Made by a program: the position numbers and the translations under genes | The notes under the pieces: generated by a model | What the model was told of the DNA's origin: nothing | Database searches by the model: none | What the model saw: only the letters and a program-made list of their open reading frames with translations | Shown here: positions 18,831 through 27,880 of the stretch, one piece after another | Position numbering within the stretch: the stretch's first letter is position 1 | Layout of the letters: every line of letters begins with the position of its first letter | Assembly (NCBI GenBank): GCA_964540905.1 | Contig: CAZIOS010000003.1 | Span: 43,148-107,147, forward strand | Origin: an uncultured Conexibacteraceae bacterium | GTDB taxonomy: Bacteria > Actinomycetota > Thermoleophilia > Solirubrobacterales > 70-9 | Reading direction: 5' to 3' | Length of the DNA stretch: 64,000 nucleotides

Positions 18831-18858
18831 TTAGGCATCCCTTATAAGGGCGACCTAA
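18831..18858. promoter_or_regulatory. nested palindrome upstream of efeO
   Basis: TTAGG-CAT-CCCTTATAAGGG-CGA-CCTAA: a perfect 12-bp central palindrome flanked by TTAGG/CCTAA arms, 60 nt upstream of the efeO start. Confidence 0.35.
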
Positions 18859-18918
18859 TCCTGCTAGTGTGCCGCGGCGCATTCCTAGTGCGGCAATCGG
18901 ATTTCAAAGGAGGCAGGG

Positions 18919-20055
18919 TTGTCCAAGGTTCTCGCAGGCTTCGTGGTTGTGCTGGCGGTGCTCGGTCTCGCCGCCTGCGGCAGCAGCTCGAGCTCTGAGA
19001 AGGGCTCGAAGAACGTGGCGGTGACGCTGACCGACTCCGGCTGCACGCCCGACCAGATCGAAGTCCCGGCCGGCCCGGTCAGCTTCGAAATCACCAACGG
19101 CGGCACCTCGAACGTCAGCGAGATGGAGCTGAAGGACCAGTCGGGAGTGATCCTCGGCGAGGCCGAGAACGTGGTCGAAGGGATCCCCGGCAGCTTCTCG
19201 CTCAACCTCGACCCCGGCAAGTACATCGTCAACTGCCCGAACGGCAGCGAAGAAGACCAGGGCACGCTGGAAGCGACCGGCAAGGCGACCGGCCAGCCGG
19301 CGGGCGCCTCGGCGGCGCTGCTGAAGCGGGCGACCGACGGCTACAAGGCCTACGTCGAAGCCGAAGTCGCGAAGCTGCGGAGCGGCACTCAGGAATTCGT
19401 CGCGGCGCTGGAAGCGGGCGACACCGCCAGGGCGAAGGAACTGTTCGGCCCGGTGCGGATCCACTACGAGGCGATCGAGCCGGTCGCCGAGAGCTTCGGC
19501 GAACTCGACCCCGAGATCGACGCTCGCATCAACGACGTCGAACACGAAAGCGAATGGACCGGCTTCCACCGCATCGAGCGCACGCTCTGGGAGCAGAACA
19601 CGACGAAGGGCACGGAGTCCTACGCGAAGAAGTTGATGGACGACGTCGACACGCTGCAGCGGAAAGTCAAGTCGATCGAGCTGCAGCCGGCGCAGCTGGC
19701 CAACGGCGCGGTCGAGCTGATGAACGAGGTCTCGAACTCGAAGATCACCGGCGAGGAGGACCGTTACTCGCACACCGACCTCTCCGACTTCGAGGGCAAC
19801 CTCTCGGGCTCGCGCAAGGCGTTCGTGCTGCTGATCCCGGCGCTGAAGCAGACCGGCAACGCGAAGCTGGCGGCGACGATCGAAGAACGGTTCGAAGCCG
19901 TGCAGAAGAGCCTTGACACCTACCGGCGCAACACGCCCCTGGGCTTCGCGCTCTACGGCGAACTGACGCCGCAGGACAAGCGCAAGTTCGCGGTCGAGGT
20001 CGACGCCCTGGCCGAACCGCTCTCGACCGTGGCGGCGAAGGTCAGCGGCGCCTAG
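18919..20055 (+). CDS. efeO: iron uptake lipoprotein EfeO (cupredoxin-like N-domain + imelysin/M75-like domain)
   Basis: Lipobox LAACG, a cupredoxin-like N-terminus (VSFEITNGG...KYIVNCPNG), and an M75-like region (HYEAIEPVAESFGELD, WTGFHRIE). Confidence 0.82.
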   Translation: MSKVLAGFVVVLAVLGLAACGSSSSSEKGSKNVAVTLTDSGCTPDQIEVPAGPVSFEITNGGTSNVSEMELKDQSGVILGEAENVVEGIPGSFSLNLDPGKYIVNCPNGSEEDQGTLEATGKATGQPAGASAALLKRATDGYKAYVEAEVAKLRSGTQEFVAALEAGDTARAKELFGPVRIHYEAIEPVAESFGELDPEIDARINDVEHESEWTGFHRIERTLWEQNTTKGTESYAKKLMDDVDTLQRKVKSIELQPAQLANGAVELMNEVSNSKITGEEDRYSHTDLSDFEGNLSGSRKAFVLLIPALKQTGNAKLAATIEERFEAVQKSLDTYRRNTPLGFALYGELTPQDKRKFAVEVDALAEPLSTVAAKVSGA

Positions 20056-20059
20056 GGCG

Positions 20060-21661
20060 ATGCGGCTCCGGACCTGGCAGCGGATCGCAGGCGCGGCGGC
20101 AGCCGCAGTCGCGATCGCGCTGCTGGGCGGGGTCGCGACGGCGGCCGCGGCCGCCGGGCAGCCGGCGCCGGCTGCCCAGGTCGACGGCGCCGCGGCGCTG
20201 CTGGCGGCGCTGCCGGCCGAATACGCGGCCGCCGATCCCACCCACGAAGCCCTCGCCGCCGCTCGCGCGCGGACGCTGGCGGCGGCGCTGCAAGCCCAGG
20301 TGGCGGCCTGGCGGGCGGCGGGCGACAGCGGTCTCGACGGCGCCGCCCGCGGCTCGGCCCAGCTCGCCGCCGCGCTCGCGATCAGCCGCGAACGGCTGCG
20401 GCCCTGGGCGCTGCCGCTGCGCGTCGACGGCCTCGCCGAGGGGATCGAGCGCGAGCTCGCCAGGGCGGGCTTCGGCGGCAGCGCCGGGGCGAGGCCCTAC
20501 GCGGAGATCGAAGCGCTGCTCGCCGCCGCCGCGGCGGCGGCCAGGGCGGGGCACCGCGCCCCGGCGCGGGCGGCGGCGGCCGAGGCCTACGCGCTCTTCG
20601 CCCAGGGCCCGGCGGTTCGCCTGCGCGCGGTCAACGCTGCCCTCGCGACCGCGGTCGGCGACGCCTTCTGGTCCCCCGGTCCCTCTCAGCCCGGGCTGCT
20701 GCCTGCGCTTGCCGCGGGCGCCGGCGCCGCGGCGGTGACGGCAGCCGCCGAACGCGCCCAGGGCCAGGTCGAAACCGCCGCCCTCGCCCTCGGCGACCAG
20801 AGCGTCAGCCGCGCGACCGTGGTCGCCGACGCGGCGGTGATCGTCTTCCGCGAGGGGTTGGAGGCGGTCCTGATCCTGGCCGCGATCACCGCCTCCTTCG
20901 TCGGCGCCCGCCGCCGCCTGCGGCGCCCGGTCCTGATCGGCGCCCTGCTCGGCCTCGGCGCCAGCGCCATCACCTACGCGCTGGCCCAGGTCCTCGTCGA
21001 CGCCCTCGGCGACGGCGGCCTGCGGCTGCAGGCGATCACCGGCCTGCTGGCGATCGCCGTCCTGCTCGTCGTCACCAACTGGTTCTTCCACCGCGTCTAC
21101 TGGAGCGAGTGGATCGGCCGTTTCCACCGCCGCCGCAAAGCGCTGGAGCGGCTCGACCGCTTCGGCTTCCTCTCCGGCCAGGTCTTCGGCTTCGCCCTGC
21201 TGGGCCTGACCAGCGTCTACCGCGAGGGCTTCGAGACCGTCCTCTTCCTGCAGAACCTGCAGGTCAGCGCCGGCACCAGCGCCACCCTGCTCGGGGTCGC
21301 GATCGGGCTGGCGGGGACGCTTGTGGTCGGCTTCGTCACCTTCCGCCTCGAGCGCAAGCTGCCCTACAAGAAGATGCTGATCGCGACCGGCGTCCTGATC
21401 GGGCTGGTGCTGGCGGTGATGGTCGGCACCACCGTCCACACCATGCAGGGCCTGGGCTGGCTGCCGAGCACTCCGGCCGACTTCACCCTCGGCCTCTCCT
21501 GGGGACAGTGGCTCGGCCTCTACGCGACCTGGGAGGGAATCGGCGCCCAGATCCTGGCGCTGCTGGTGGTCTACGGCTCCTACGCCGTGGCCCGCCAGCT
21601 GCAGGCGCGCCGGCGCGGCCGCGGCGCCGAGGTCCCGGTCGGCGGCCGCGCCGCGACCTAA
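20060..21661 (+). CDS. efeU: FTR1/EfeU-family iron permease with ~250-aa N-terminal periplasmic extension
   Basis: Two REXXE motifs (REGLEAV, REGFETV) in a polytopic C-terminal half. Signal peptide followed by an Ala-rich helical N-domain. Confidence 0.82.
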   Translation: MRLRTWQRIAGAAAAAVAIALLGGVATAAAAAGQPAPAAQVDGAAALLAALPAEYAAADPTHEALAAARARTLAAALQAQVAAWRAAGDSGLDGAARGSAQLAAALAISRERLRPWALPLRVDGLAEGIERELARAGFGGSAGARPYAEIEALLAAAAAAARAGHRAPARAAAAEAYALFAQGPAVRLRAVNAALATAVGDAFWSPGPSQPGLLPALAAGAGAAAVTAAAERAQGQVETAALALGDQSVSRATVVADAAVIVFREGLEAVLILAAITASFVGARRRLRRPVLIGALLGLGASAITYALAQVLVDALGDGGLRLQAITGLLAIAVLLVVTNWFFHRVYWSEWIGRFHRRRKALERLDRFGFLSGQVFGFALLGLTSVYREGFETVLFLQNLQVSAGTSATLLGVAIGLAGTLVVGFVTFRLERKLPYKKMLIATGVLIGLVLAVMVGTTVHTMQGLGWLPSTPADFTLGLSWGQWLGLYATWEGIGAQILALLVVYGSYAVARQLQARRRGRGAEVPVGGRAAT

Positions 21662-21672
21662 GGGGGACCAGC

Positions 21673-22152
21673 TCAGCCGTGGTCGCGGCCGGCGTCGTAG
21701 CCGCGCCGGTAGGCGGCGAGGAAGCCAGCCGGCAGCGGCCCCTCGGGGCGGAAGCGGGCGGCGACGGTGAGGCGGCGGATCAGGTCGGTGTGGATGCCTT
21801 CGGTGTCCTCGGCGCTGCGCTGGGCGGCGCCCAGCAGGTAGCCGAGGCGCAGGCCGGCGGCGCCGCCCGGCTGCGCCCGCGCCTCGGCGTTGAGCCTGGT
21901 CGCGGTCTCGACCAGGGCTTCGCCGACCGTCGCCAGCTCGCCGCCCGCCTGGTTCTCGCTGAGGCACTCGCTGATCGGCACCCCGCCGGCGAGCCGGACT
22001 TCGCCCGGCGCCTTGGCGAGCGCCGCCGCGTAGGCGCCGGCGCCATCGAGGCAGGCGGTTGGGGTCGTCTCTTCTTCGCCGCGGCCGCAGCCGGCGGCGA
22101 AGGGAGTCAGCAAGGCGAAGAGGGTCGCTGCGATCGAGACACGCATCGGCAC
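21673..22152 (-). CDS. hypothetical lipoprotein
   Basis: Lipobox LTPFAAGCG and high GC3. 159 aa. Confidence 0.6.
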   Translation of the reverse strand: MPMRVSIAATLFALLTPFAAGCGRGEEETTPTACLDGAGAYAAALAKAPGEVRLAGGVPISECLSENQAGGELATVGEALVETATRLNAEARAQPGGAAGLRLGYLLGAAQRSAEDTEGIHTDLIRRLTVAARFRPEGPLPAGFLAAYRRGYDAGRDHG

Positions 22153-22174
22153 TCCATCCTATGAAGAGCGGCGC

Positions 22175-22215
22175 TGAGTCGAGTTTCTCTCGCATACCGA
22201 GAGAAACTCGACTCA
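22175..22215 (-). terminator. 18-bp perfect-stem hairpin between two minus-strand genes
   Basis: TGAGTCGAGTTTCTCTCG (22175-22192) pairs with CGAGAGAAACTCGACTCA (22198-22215), 5-nt loop. Starts 5 nt downstream of the stop at 22220. Confidence 0.6.
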
Positions 22216-22219
22216 TGCC

Positions 22220-22963
22220 TCAGTCGCCGCCACCGCTGGCTGAGATCCCGCCGGTCGGCGAGCGGCTGAAGCCGCCGGGCGGGCCGCTCGGGGCCGGCGG
22301 CGCGGCCGGGTGCTTGTGCGGCTTCGGGGCCGTCGTTTCAGCGGCGGTGGTCGGGAAGGTTTCGACCCATTCGGCGAGCTGGAACTGGGCGGCGGCGGCG
22401 TGGTTCCAGGAGAGGTGGAGGTGGTTGCCGCAGCCGTGGCCGGCGTCGCCTTCGTAGCCGACCCAGCGGAAGGGCGGCCGCGGCTGGTTCTGGACCGGCT
22501 CGGCCCAGTGGGCGAGGCGGGTGATCGGCGCCCAGTTGGGGCCGCAGGTGGTCGTGTCGTCGACCGGCACCAGGTCGACCGCGACCCCGTTGTAGTGGTC
22601 GGAGCCGTGGACGTGGCATTCGTCGCAGCCGACGTGCCTGCCGTCCGGCAGCGGCCCCGAGTAGCCGTCGGTGACGTAGATCGGGTAGCGCTTGGCGATC
22701 CAGAGCAGGTCGGGGAGGATGCGGCGATCGACCATGTCGCCGGCTTCGTGTGGGATCGAGGCCGGGATCGGGACGATCTTGCCCGGCGCGTAGATCAACT
22801 TGGTCGGGGTCGGGGGCGCTTCCGACTCGGGGCCGGCGCTGGCTCGGGTCACCGCCCAGATCGCCAGCACGACCAGGGCGAGGAGCGCCAGCGCCTCGAG
22901 GTTGGCCCGGCGCGCGTACCAGTGGCCGGCGCCGCGGTTGATTGGGTGGCCCTGTACGGACAA
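22220..22963 (-). CDS. secreted LAS-type (M15-like) metallopeptidase-like protein
   Basis: N-terminal membrane anchor, H-x6-D (HYNGVAVD) and H-x-H (HLHLS) motifs, Pro-rich tail. Confidence 0.6.
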   Translation of the reverse strand: MSVQGHPINRGAGHWYARRANLEALALLALVVLAIWAVTRASAGPESEAPPTPTKLIYAPGKIVPIPASIPHEAGDMVDRRILPDLLWIAKRYPIYVTDGYSGPLPDGRHVGCDECHVHGSDHYNGVAVDLVPVDDTTTCGPNWAPITRLAHWAEPVQNQPRPPFRWVGYEGDAGHGCGNHLHLSWNHAAAAQFQLAEWVETFPTTAAETTAPKPHKHPAAPPAPSGPPGGFSRSPTGGISASGGGD

Positions 22964-23030
22964 GTCCTCTGCCTATCGACCGCGCGGATGTGAGCTTGAA
23001 TTCCGCAAAAGGTGGATAGGGTTCGAGCGG

Positions 23031-24629
23031 ATGCCCACGGTTCGCGACGCGACCTTCGACCTCTTCCGCGCCCACGGGATGACGACGATGTTCGGCAACC
23101 CCGGCTCGACCGAGTTGCCGATGCTGGCCGACTTCCCGGCCGACTTCCGCTACGTGCTGGGGCTGCAGGAGGCGGTCGTCGTCGGCATGGCCGACGGCTA
23201 CGCCCAGGCTTCCGGCCAGACCACGGTCGTCAACCTCCACACCGCGCCCGGGGTCGGCAACGCGATGGGGGCGATCTTCAATGCCCAGGCCAACCACTCG
23301 CCGCTGCTGGTCACCGCCGGCCAGCAGGCGCGGGCGCAGATCACCCTGCAGGCGAACCTGACCAACCGCGACGCGACCCGGATGCCGCACCCGCTGGTCA
23401 AGTGGTCCTACGAGCCGCCGCGGGCCGAGGACGTGCCGCTGGCGCTCGCCCACGGCGCCCACCTCGCCTCGCTGCCGCCGCGCGGGCCGGTCTTCGTCTC
23501 GCTGCCGATGGACGACTGGGGGGTCGAGGTCGACGCGGGCGACGCCCGGGCGGCGATCGAGCGCCGGGTCACGGCGCGGGCGAGCGCCGACCCCGAGGCG
23601 GTGCGGGCACTGGCGGAGCGGCTCGACGCCGCCGCCAACCCGGTCCTCGTTGCCGGCCCCGACATCGACGCCAGCGGCGCCTGGGAGCTCGGCGTCGCCC
23701 TCGCCGAGCGCCAGCGGCTGCCGGTCTGGGCCTCGCCCGCGACCGGCGGCAACCGGCTCGGCTTCCCCGAGGGCCATCCCAACTTTCGCGGCGTGCTGCC
23801 GCCGGCGATCGGCCCGGTCGGGCAGACGCTCGAGGGCCACGACCTGATCCTCGTCGTCGGCAGCTCGGTCTTCCCCTACTACCCGCACATCCCCGGGCCG
23901 CTGCTGCCCGAGGGGGCGAGCCTGGTGGCGATCACCAGCGACCCCGACGAGGCGGTGCGGGCGCCGATGGGCGACGCGATCGTCGCCGACGTCGAGCTGA
24001 CCCTGGCGGCGCTGCTGGAGGCGGTCCCCGAGTCCAGCCGCCCGGTCCCGGAGCCGAACCAGCCGCCACAGGAAATCCCGCCGGCCGATCCGCTCAACCC
24101 CTCGACCGTGCTCAGCGCCCTCGGCGAGGCCCTGCCCGAGGACGGGATCGTCGTGCTCGAGGCGCCGACGGCGACCCTGGCGCTGCGCAACCAGCTGCGG
24201 ATCTCGCGGCCCGGCAGCTACTACTTCGCCGCCGGCGGCGGCCTCGGCTTCGGCCTCGCCGCCGCGGTTGGGGTCCAGCTCGCCGAGCCCAGCCGCCCGG
24301 TCGTCTGCGTGCTCGGCGAGGGCTCGGCCCAGTACGCGATCACCGCCTTCTGGAGCGCCGTCGCCTACGACATCCCGGTCACCTTCCTGGTCCTGCGCAA
24401 CGAGGAGTACGGGATCCTCAAGTGGTTCGCCGAGGCCGAGGGGGTCAGCGGCGCCCCCGGCCTCGACCTGCCGAAGCTCGACGTCGCCGCGGTCGCCGAG
24501 GGCTACGGCGTCAAGGCCCATCGCGCCGGCGATCGCGAGGGCGCCGCCGCCGCCCTCGCCGCCGCCCTCGCCTCCTCCCAGCCGGAGCTGGTCGAAGTCC
24601 CGGTTGCCCCCGGGATGTCGCTCTTCTAG
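23031..24629 (+). CDS. thiamine-diphosphate enzyme, benzoylformate decarboxylase-like
   Basis: MFGNPGSTELP, HTAPGVGNAMG, ThDP motif GEGSAQY...LRNEEYG. 532 aa after trimming track ORF 22800..24629 to ATG 23031. Confidence 0.85.
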   Translation: MPTVRDATFDLFRAHGMTTMFGNPGSTELPMLADFPADFRYVLGLQEAVVVGMADGYAQASGQTTVVNLHTAPGVGNAMGAIFNAQANHSPLLVTAGQQARAQITLQANLTNRDATRMPHPLVKWSYEPPRAEDVPLALAHGAHLASLPPRGPVFVSLPMDDWGVEVDAGDARAAIERRVTARASADPEAVRALAERLDAAANPVLVAGPDIDASGAWELGVALAERQRLPVWASPATGGNRLGFPEGHPNFRGVLPPAIGPVGQTLEGHDLILVVGSSVFPYYPHIPGPLLPEGASLVAITSDPDEAVRAPMGDAIVADVELTLAALLEAVPESSRPVPEPNQPPQEIPPADPLNPSTVLSALGEALPEDGIVVLEAPTATLALRNQLRISRPGSYYFAAGGGLGFGLAAAVGVQLAEPSRPVVCVLGEGSAQYAITAFWSAVAYDIPVTFLVLRNEEYGILKWFAEAEGVSGAPGLDLPKLDVAAVAEGYGVKAHRAGDREGAAAALAAALASSQPELVEVPVAPGMSLF

Positions 24630-24636
24630 GCGCCCG

Positions 24637-27561
24637 ATGGCCCTGCTGGAGCGCAAGCCGGAGTCGCTCGCCCCGCCCGCCTCCGAGCCCGCGCCCGACC
24701 GCGCCCCGGACGAGATCGCCGCCGGCGTCGCCCAGCCGCTGCGGGGCGAGCTGGAGCGGCTGCTCGGCCCGGGCCGGCTGCTGGCGAGCGCCGGCGACAT
24801 CGTCCGCTACGCCTCCGACGCCAGCCCCTACCGGCTGCTGCCGCGGGCGGTGGTGATGGCCCACGAACCCGACGACGTCGCCAAGGTCCTCGCCTACGGC
24901 CGCGAGCAGGGGATCCCGGTCACCTTCCGCGCCGGCGGCACCAGCCTCAACGGCCAGGGCCAGAGCGACGGCATCCTCGTCGACGTCCGCCGCCACTTCG
25001 GCGGCGTCGCGGTCGAGGCCGGCGCCCCCCGCGAGGGCGGGGACGAGATCGAGGCCGCCCGCGCTCGGGTCAAGCCCGGCACCGTGCTCGGCCACGCCAA
25101 CCGCGTCCTCGCCCCGCACGGGCGCAAGCTCGGCCCCGACCCGGCCAGCACCGAGATCGCCACCGTCGGCGGCGTCGTCGCCAACAACTCCGGCGGCATG
25201 CGCTGCGGCACCACCAAGGACTCCTACTCGACGGTCACCGCGCTGACCTTCGTCCTGCCCTCGGGGACGACGATCGACAGCGCCGCGCCCGACGCCGCCG
25301 AGCGCTTCGCCACCGCCGAGCCGGAGCTGGTCGCCGGGCTGGAGGCGATCCGCGACGAGCTCCGCGCCGACGCGGAGCTGAGCGAGCGCATCCGCCGCAA
25401 GTTCGGGATCAAGAACACGACCGGCTACCGGCTCTGCGCCTTCCTCGACGCCGAGCAGCCGCTGGAGATCTTCCGCCGCCTCCTGGTCGGCTCCGAGGGC
25501 ACCCTCGCCTTCGTCGCCGAGGCGGTCTTCGAGACGGTTCCGCTGCTGCCCCGCACCACCACCGCCTGGGTCCACTTCCCCGACATCGACCAGGCGATCG
25601 CCCCGGTCCGCGACCTGGTCGAGGCCGGCGCCACCGCGGTCGAGCTGATGGTCGCGCCGGCATTGATCACCGCCGCCTGGAACATGGTCGGGGCGCCGCA
25701 GGAGTGGAAAGAGCTGCCGCCGGAGTCGGCGGTGCTGCTGGTCGAGTTCGGCGCCGACGGCGATGCCGAGCTGGACGAGCAGGTCGCCGGGGCGGAGAGG
25801 ATCCTCGCCTCCCACGAGACGATCCGCCCGATCGAGTTCAGTCGCGACCCCGAGGAGATCGAGCTCGCCTGGCGCGTGCGCGAGGGCCTGCACGGGCTGA
25901 TCGGGCGGCTGCGGCTGCCGGGCACGGCGCTGATCGTCGAGGACGTCTGCGTGCCGCCGGAGCGGATCGCCGAGGGCGCCCGCGACCTGCAGGCGCTGCT
26001 CGGCGAGCACGGCTTCCTGCCCGGGGTCGCCGGCCACGCCTCCGCCGGCAACCTCCACTTCATGCTCACCCCCGACTTCGCCAAGCAGGAGGACCTCGAC
26101 CGCTACGAGGCCTTCATGGGCGGCCTGGTCGAGCTGATCGTCGACAAGTACGACGGCTCGCTCAAGGCCGAGCACGGGACCGGCATCAACATGGCCCCTT
26201 ATGTAGAGCGCGAGTGGGGGGAGAAGGCGACCGAGCTGATGTGGCGGGTGAAGCGGCTCGCCGACCCGGACGGCGTGCTCTCGCCGGGGGTCGTCCTCAA
26301 CCGCGACCCCGGTGTCCACCTGCGCAACCTGAAAACGACGCCGGCGATCGAGGAGTCGGCCACGACCTGCGTCGAGTGCGGCTTCTGCGAGCCGGTCTGC
26401 CCCAGCCGCGACCTGACGACGACGCCGCGGCAGCGGATCGTGCTGCGGCGGGAGATGGCGCGCCAGCCGCCGGGCTCGCCGGTGCAGCTGGCGCTGCTGC
26501 GCGAGTTCCCCTACGAGGCGCTCGACACCTGCGCCGCCGACGGCTCCTGCCGGCTCGCCTGCCCGGTCGGGATCGACACCGGCAGGCTGGTCAAGGAACT
26601 GCGCGCCCAGCGCCACGGCGAGCGGGCCGAGAAGCGGGCACTCGGAGCCGCCCGGCGCTGGGAGACGGTCGAGGGAGCCTCGCGCGCCGGCCTGCGCCTC
26701 GGCGGCCCGCTGGCGCGGCGGACGAAGAAGGGCGAGGCGCTGCCCGGGGCCGCCCCGGGGACGCTGCCGCCGACCCTCCACACCGGCGCCGCCGCGGTCT
26801 ACGTCCCCTCCTGCACCAACCGCATCTTCGGCCCCACTTCCGCCGATGGGCCGATTTCCCGTGATATCGACGGGAAATCGGCCCATCGACATTGGGTGGT
26901 GGAGGCGATGGTGGAGGTCTCGGCGCGGGCGGGGCTGCCGGTGTGGATTCCGGAGGACGTGGGGGGGTCCTGCTGCGGGCTGCCCTGGAGCTCGAAAGGG
27001 TTCGGCGCCGCCCACCGGCGCAAGGCGAACGAGATGGTCGAGCGGCTCTGGGGCTGGAGCGGCGAAGGGGCGCTGCCGATCGTGATCGACGCCGCCTCCT
27101 GCACCCACGGCATCGCCGACCCCGGCCCCGGCGCGCTCGGCGAGGAGAACGCCGAGCGCCTGGCCAGGCTCGAGATCCTCGACTCGGTCGCCTGGGCGCA
27201 CGATCGCCTGCTGCCCTGGCTCGAGGTCGGCGAGAAGGTCGGCGCCGCGACCGTGCACCCGACCTGCGCGACCCGCCACCTGGGCCTGGCGCCGCGGCTC
27301 GAGGCCCTCGCCGGCGCCCTCGCCGAGGAGGTCTTCGTCGCCCCCTCAGCGACCTGCTGCGGCTTCGCCGGCGACCGCGGCATCTCCCACCCGGAGCTGA
27401 CCGCGGCCGCCACCGCCCCCCAGGCCGCCGAGCTGGCCGGCCGCCATTTCGACGCCCACCTCTGCAGCAACCGCACCTGCGAGATCGGCCTCGAGCGCGC
27501 CACCGGCGAGCCCTACGAGTCCTTCCTGATCCTGCTCGAGCGCCTAACCCGGTCAGGTTGA
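24637..27561 (+). CDS. FAD-binding + 4Fe-4S + CCG-domain oxidoreductase (D-lactate/glycolate dehydrogenase-like, YdiJ-type)
   Basis: FAD_binding_4 region (FRAGGTSLNGQ), 4Fe-4S ferredoxin motifs (CVECGFCEPVCP, CAADGSCRLACP), and two CCG-like motifs (CCGLPW, CCGFAGD). Trimmed to ATG 24637. Confidence 0.88.
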   Translation: MALLERKPESLAPPASEPAPDRAPDEIAAGVAQPLRGELERLLGPGRLLASAGDIVRYASDASPYRLLPRAVVMAHEPDDVAKVLAYGREQGIPVTFRAGGTSLNGQGQSDGILVDVRRHFGGVAVEAGAPREGGDEIEAARARVKPGTVLGHANRVLAPHGRKLGPDPASTEIATVGGVVANNSGGMRCGTTKDSYSTVTALTFVLPSGTTIDSAAPDAAERFATAEPELVAGLEAIRDELRADAELSERIRRKFGIKNTTGYRLCAFLDAEQPLEIFRRLLVGSEGTLAFVAEAVFETVPLLPRTTTAWVHFPDIDQAIAPVRDLVEAGATAVELMVAPALITAAWNMVGAPQEWKELPPESAVLLVEFGADGDAELDEQVAGAERILASHETIRPIEFSRDPEEIELAWRVREGLHGLIGRLRLPGTALIVEDVCVPPERIAEGARDLQALLGEHGFLPGVAGHASAGNLHFMLTPDFAKQEDLDRYEAFMGGLVELIVDKYDGSLKAEHGTGINMAPYVEREWGEKATELMWRVKRLADPDGVLSPGVVLNRDPGVHLRNLKTTPAIEESATTCVECGFCEPVCPSRDLTTTPRQRIVLRREMARQPPGSPVQLALLREFPYEALDTCAADGSCRLACPVGIDTGRLVKELRAQRHGERAEKRALGAARRWETVEGASRAGLRLGGPLARRTKKGEALPGAAPGTLPPTLHTGAAAVYVPSCTNRIFGPTSADGPISRDIDGKSAHRHWVVEAMVEVSARAGLPVWIPEDVGGSCCGLPWSSKGFGAAHRRKANEMVERLWGWSGEGALPIVIDAASCTHGIADPGPGALGEENAERLARLEILDSVAWAHDRLLPWLEVGEKVGAATVHPTCATRHLGLAPRLEALAGALAEEVFVAPSATCCGFAGDRGISHPELTAAATAPQAAELAGRHFDAHLCSNRTCEIGLERATGEPYESFLILLERLTRSG
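26844..26888. repeat. 45-bp perfect hairpin-forming palindrome embedded in-frame in the CDS
   Basis: CGATGGGCCGATTTCCCGT (26844-26862) pairs with ACGGGAAATCGGCCCATCG (26870-26888): 19-bp perfect arms, 7-nt centre GATATCG. It encodes DGPISRDIDGKSAHR with rare codons and is lower in GC than the flanks. Confidence 0.85.
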
Positions 27562-27600
27562 GACGGGGGAGAGACTCAGCCGCCCAGCCCTTAGGCGGGG

Positions 27601-27870
27601 GTGCCGCGGATCAGCAGCTTCTACGGGATCACGATCAGGATGTTCTTCGACGAGACCATTCATTCCGGTCGCCCCCACTTCCATGCCTTTTACAGTGGTG
27701 ATCAAGCCTCGTTCGACGTCACAGACCTGAGTCGGATCGCCGGCAAATTGCCGCTGCGGATCGAACGGCTTGTACGGAAGTGGGCTCGGTCTCACCGAGC
27801 TGAGTTGATGGCAAACTGGGAGCGCGGTCGCAGTGGTCAGCGACTGGATAGAATCGAGCCATTGAAATGA
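27601..27870 (+). CDS. DUF4160 domain-containing protein
   Basis: MPRISSFYGITIRMFFDETIHSGRPHFHAFY is the characteristic DUF4160 N-terminus. GTG start. Low-GC islet. Confidence 0.8.
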   Translation: MPRISSFYGITIRMFFDETIHSGRPHFHAFYSGDQASFDVTDLSRIAGKLPLRIERLVRKWARSHRAELMANWERGRSGQRLDRIEPLK

Positions 27871-27880
27871 TTTGTCTACA

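Noticed and set aside
18831-18858. Calling the efeO-upstream palindrome a canonical IdeR/DtxR iron box
   Set aside because: The TTAGG/CCTAA arms are 18 nt apart rather than 9, and the centre does not match the 19-bp consensus. It is kept only as an unassigned candidate operator.
20060-22152. Search for efeB (DyP peroxidase) to complete an EfeUOB system
   Set aside because: The gene after the FTR1 permease is a convergent small lipoprotein with no peroxidase motifs. EfeB is not in this window.
22338-24800. 820-aa minus-strand ORF, plus ORF 23012..24856 (+), across the ThDP enzyme gene
   Set aside because: They are antisense or out of frame to a gene with clear ThDP motifs, have Arg/Pro-rich composition, and show no recognisable domain.
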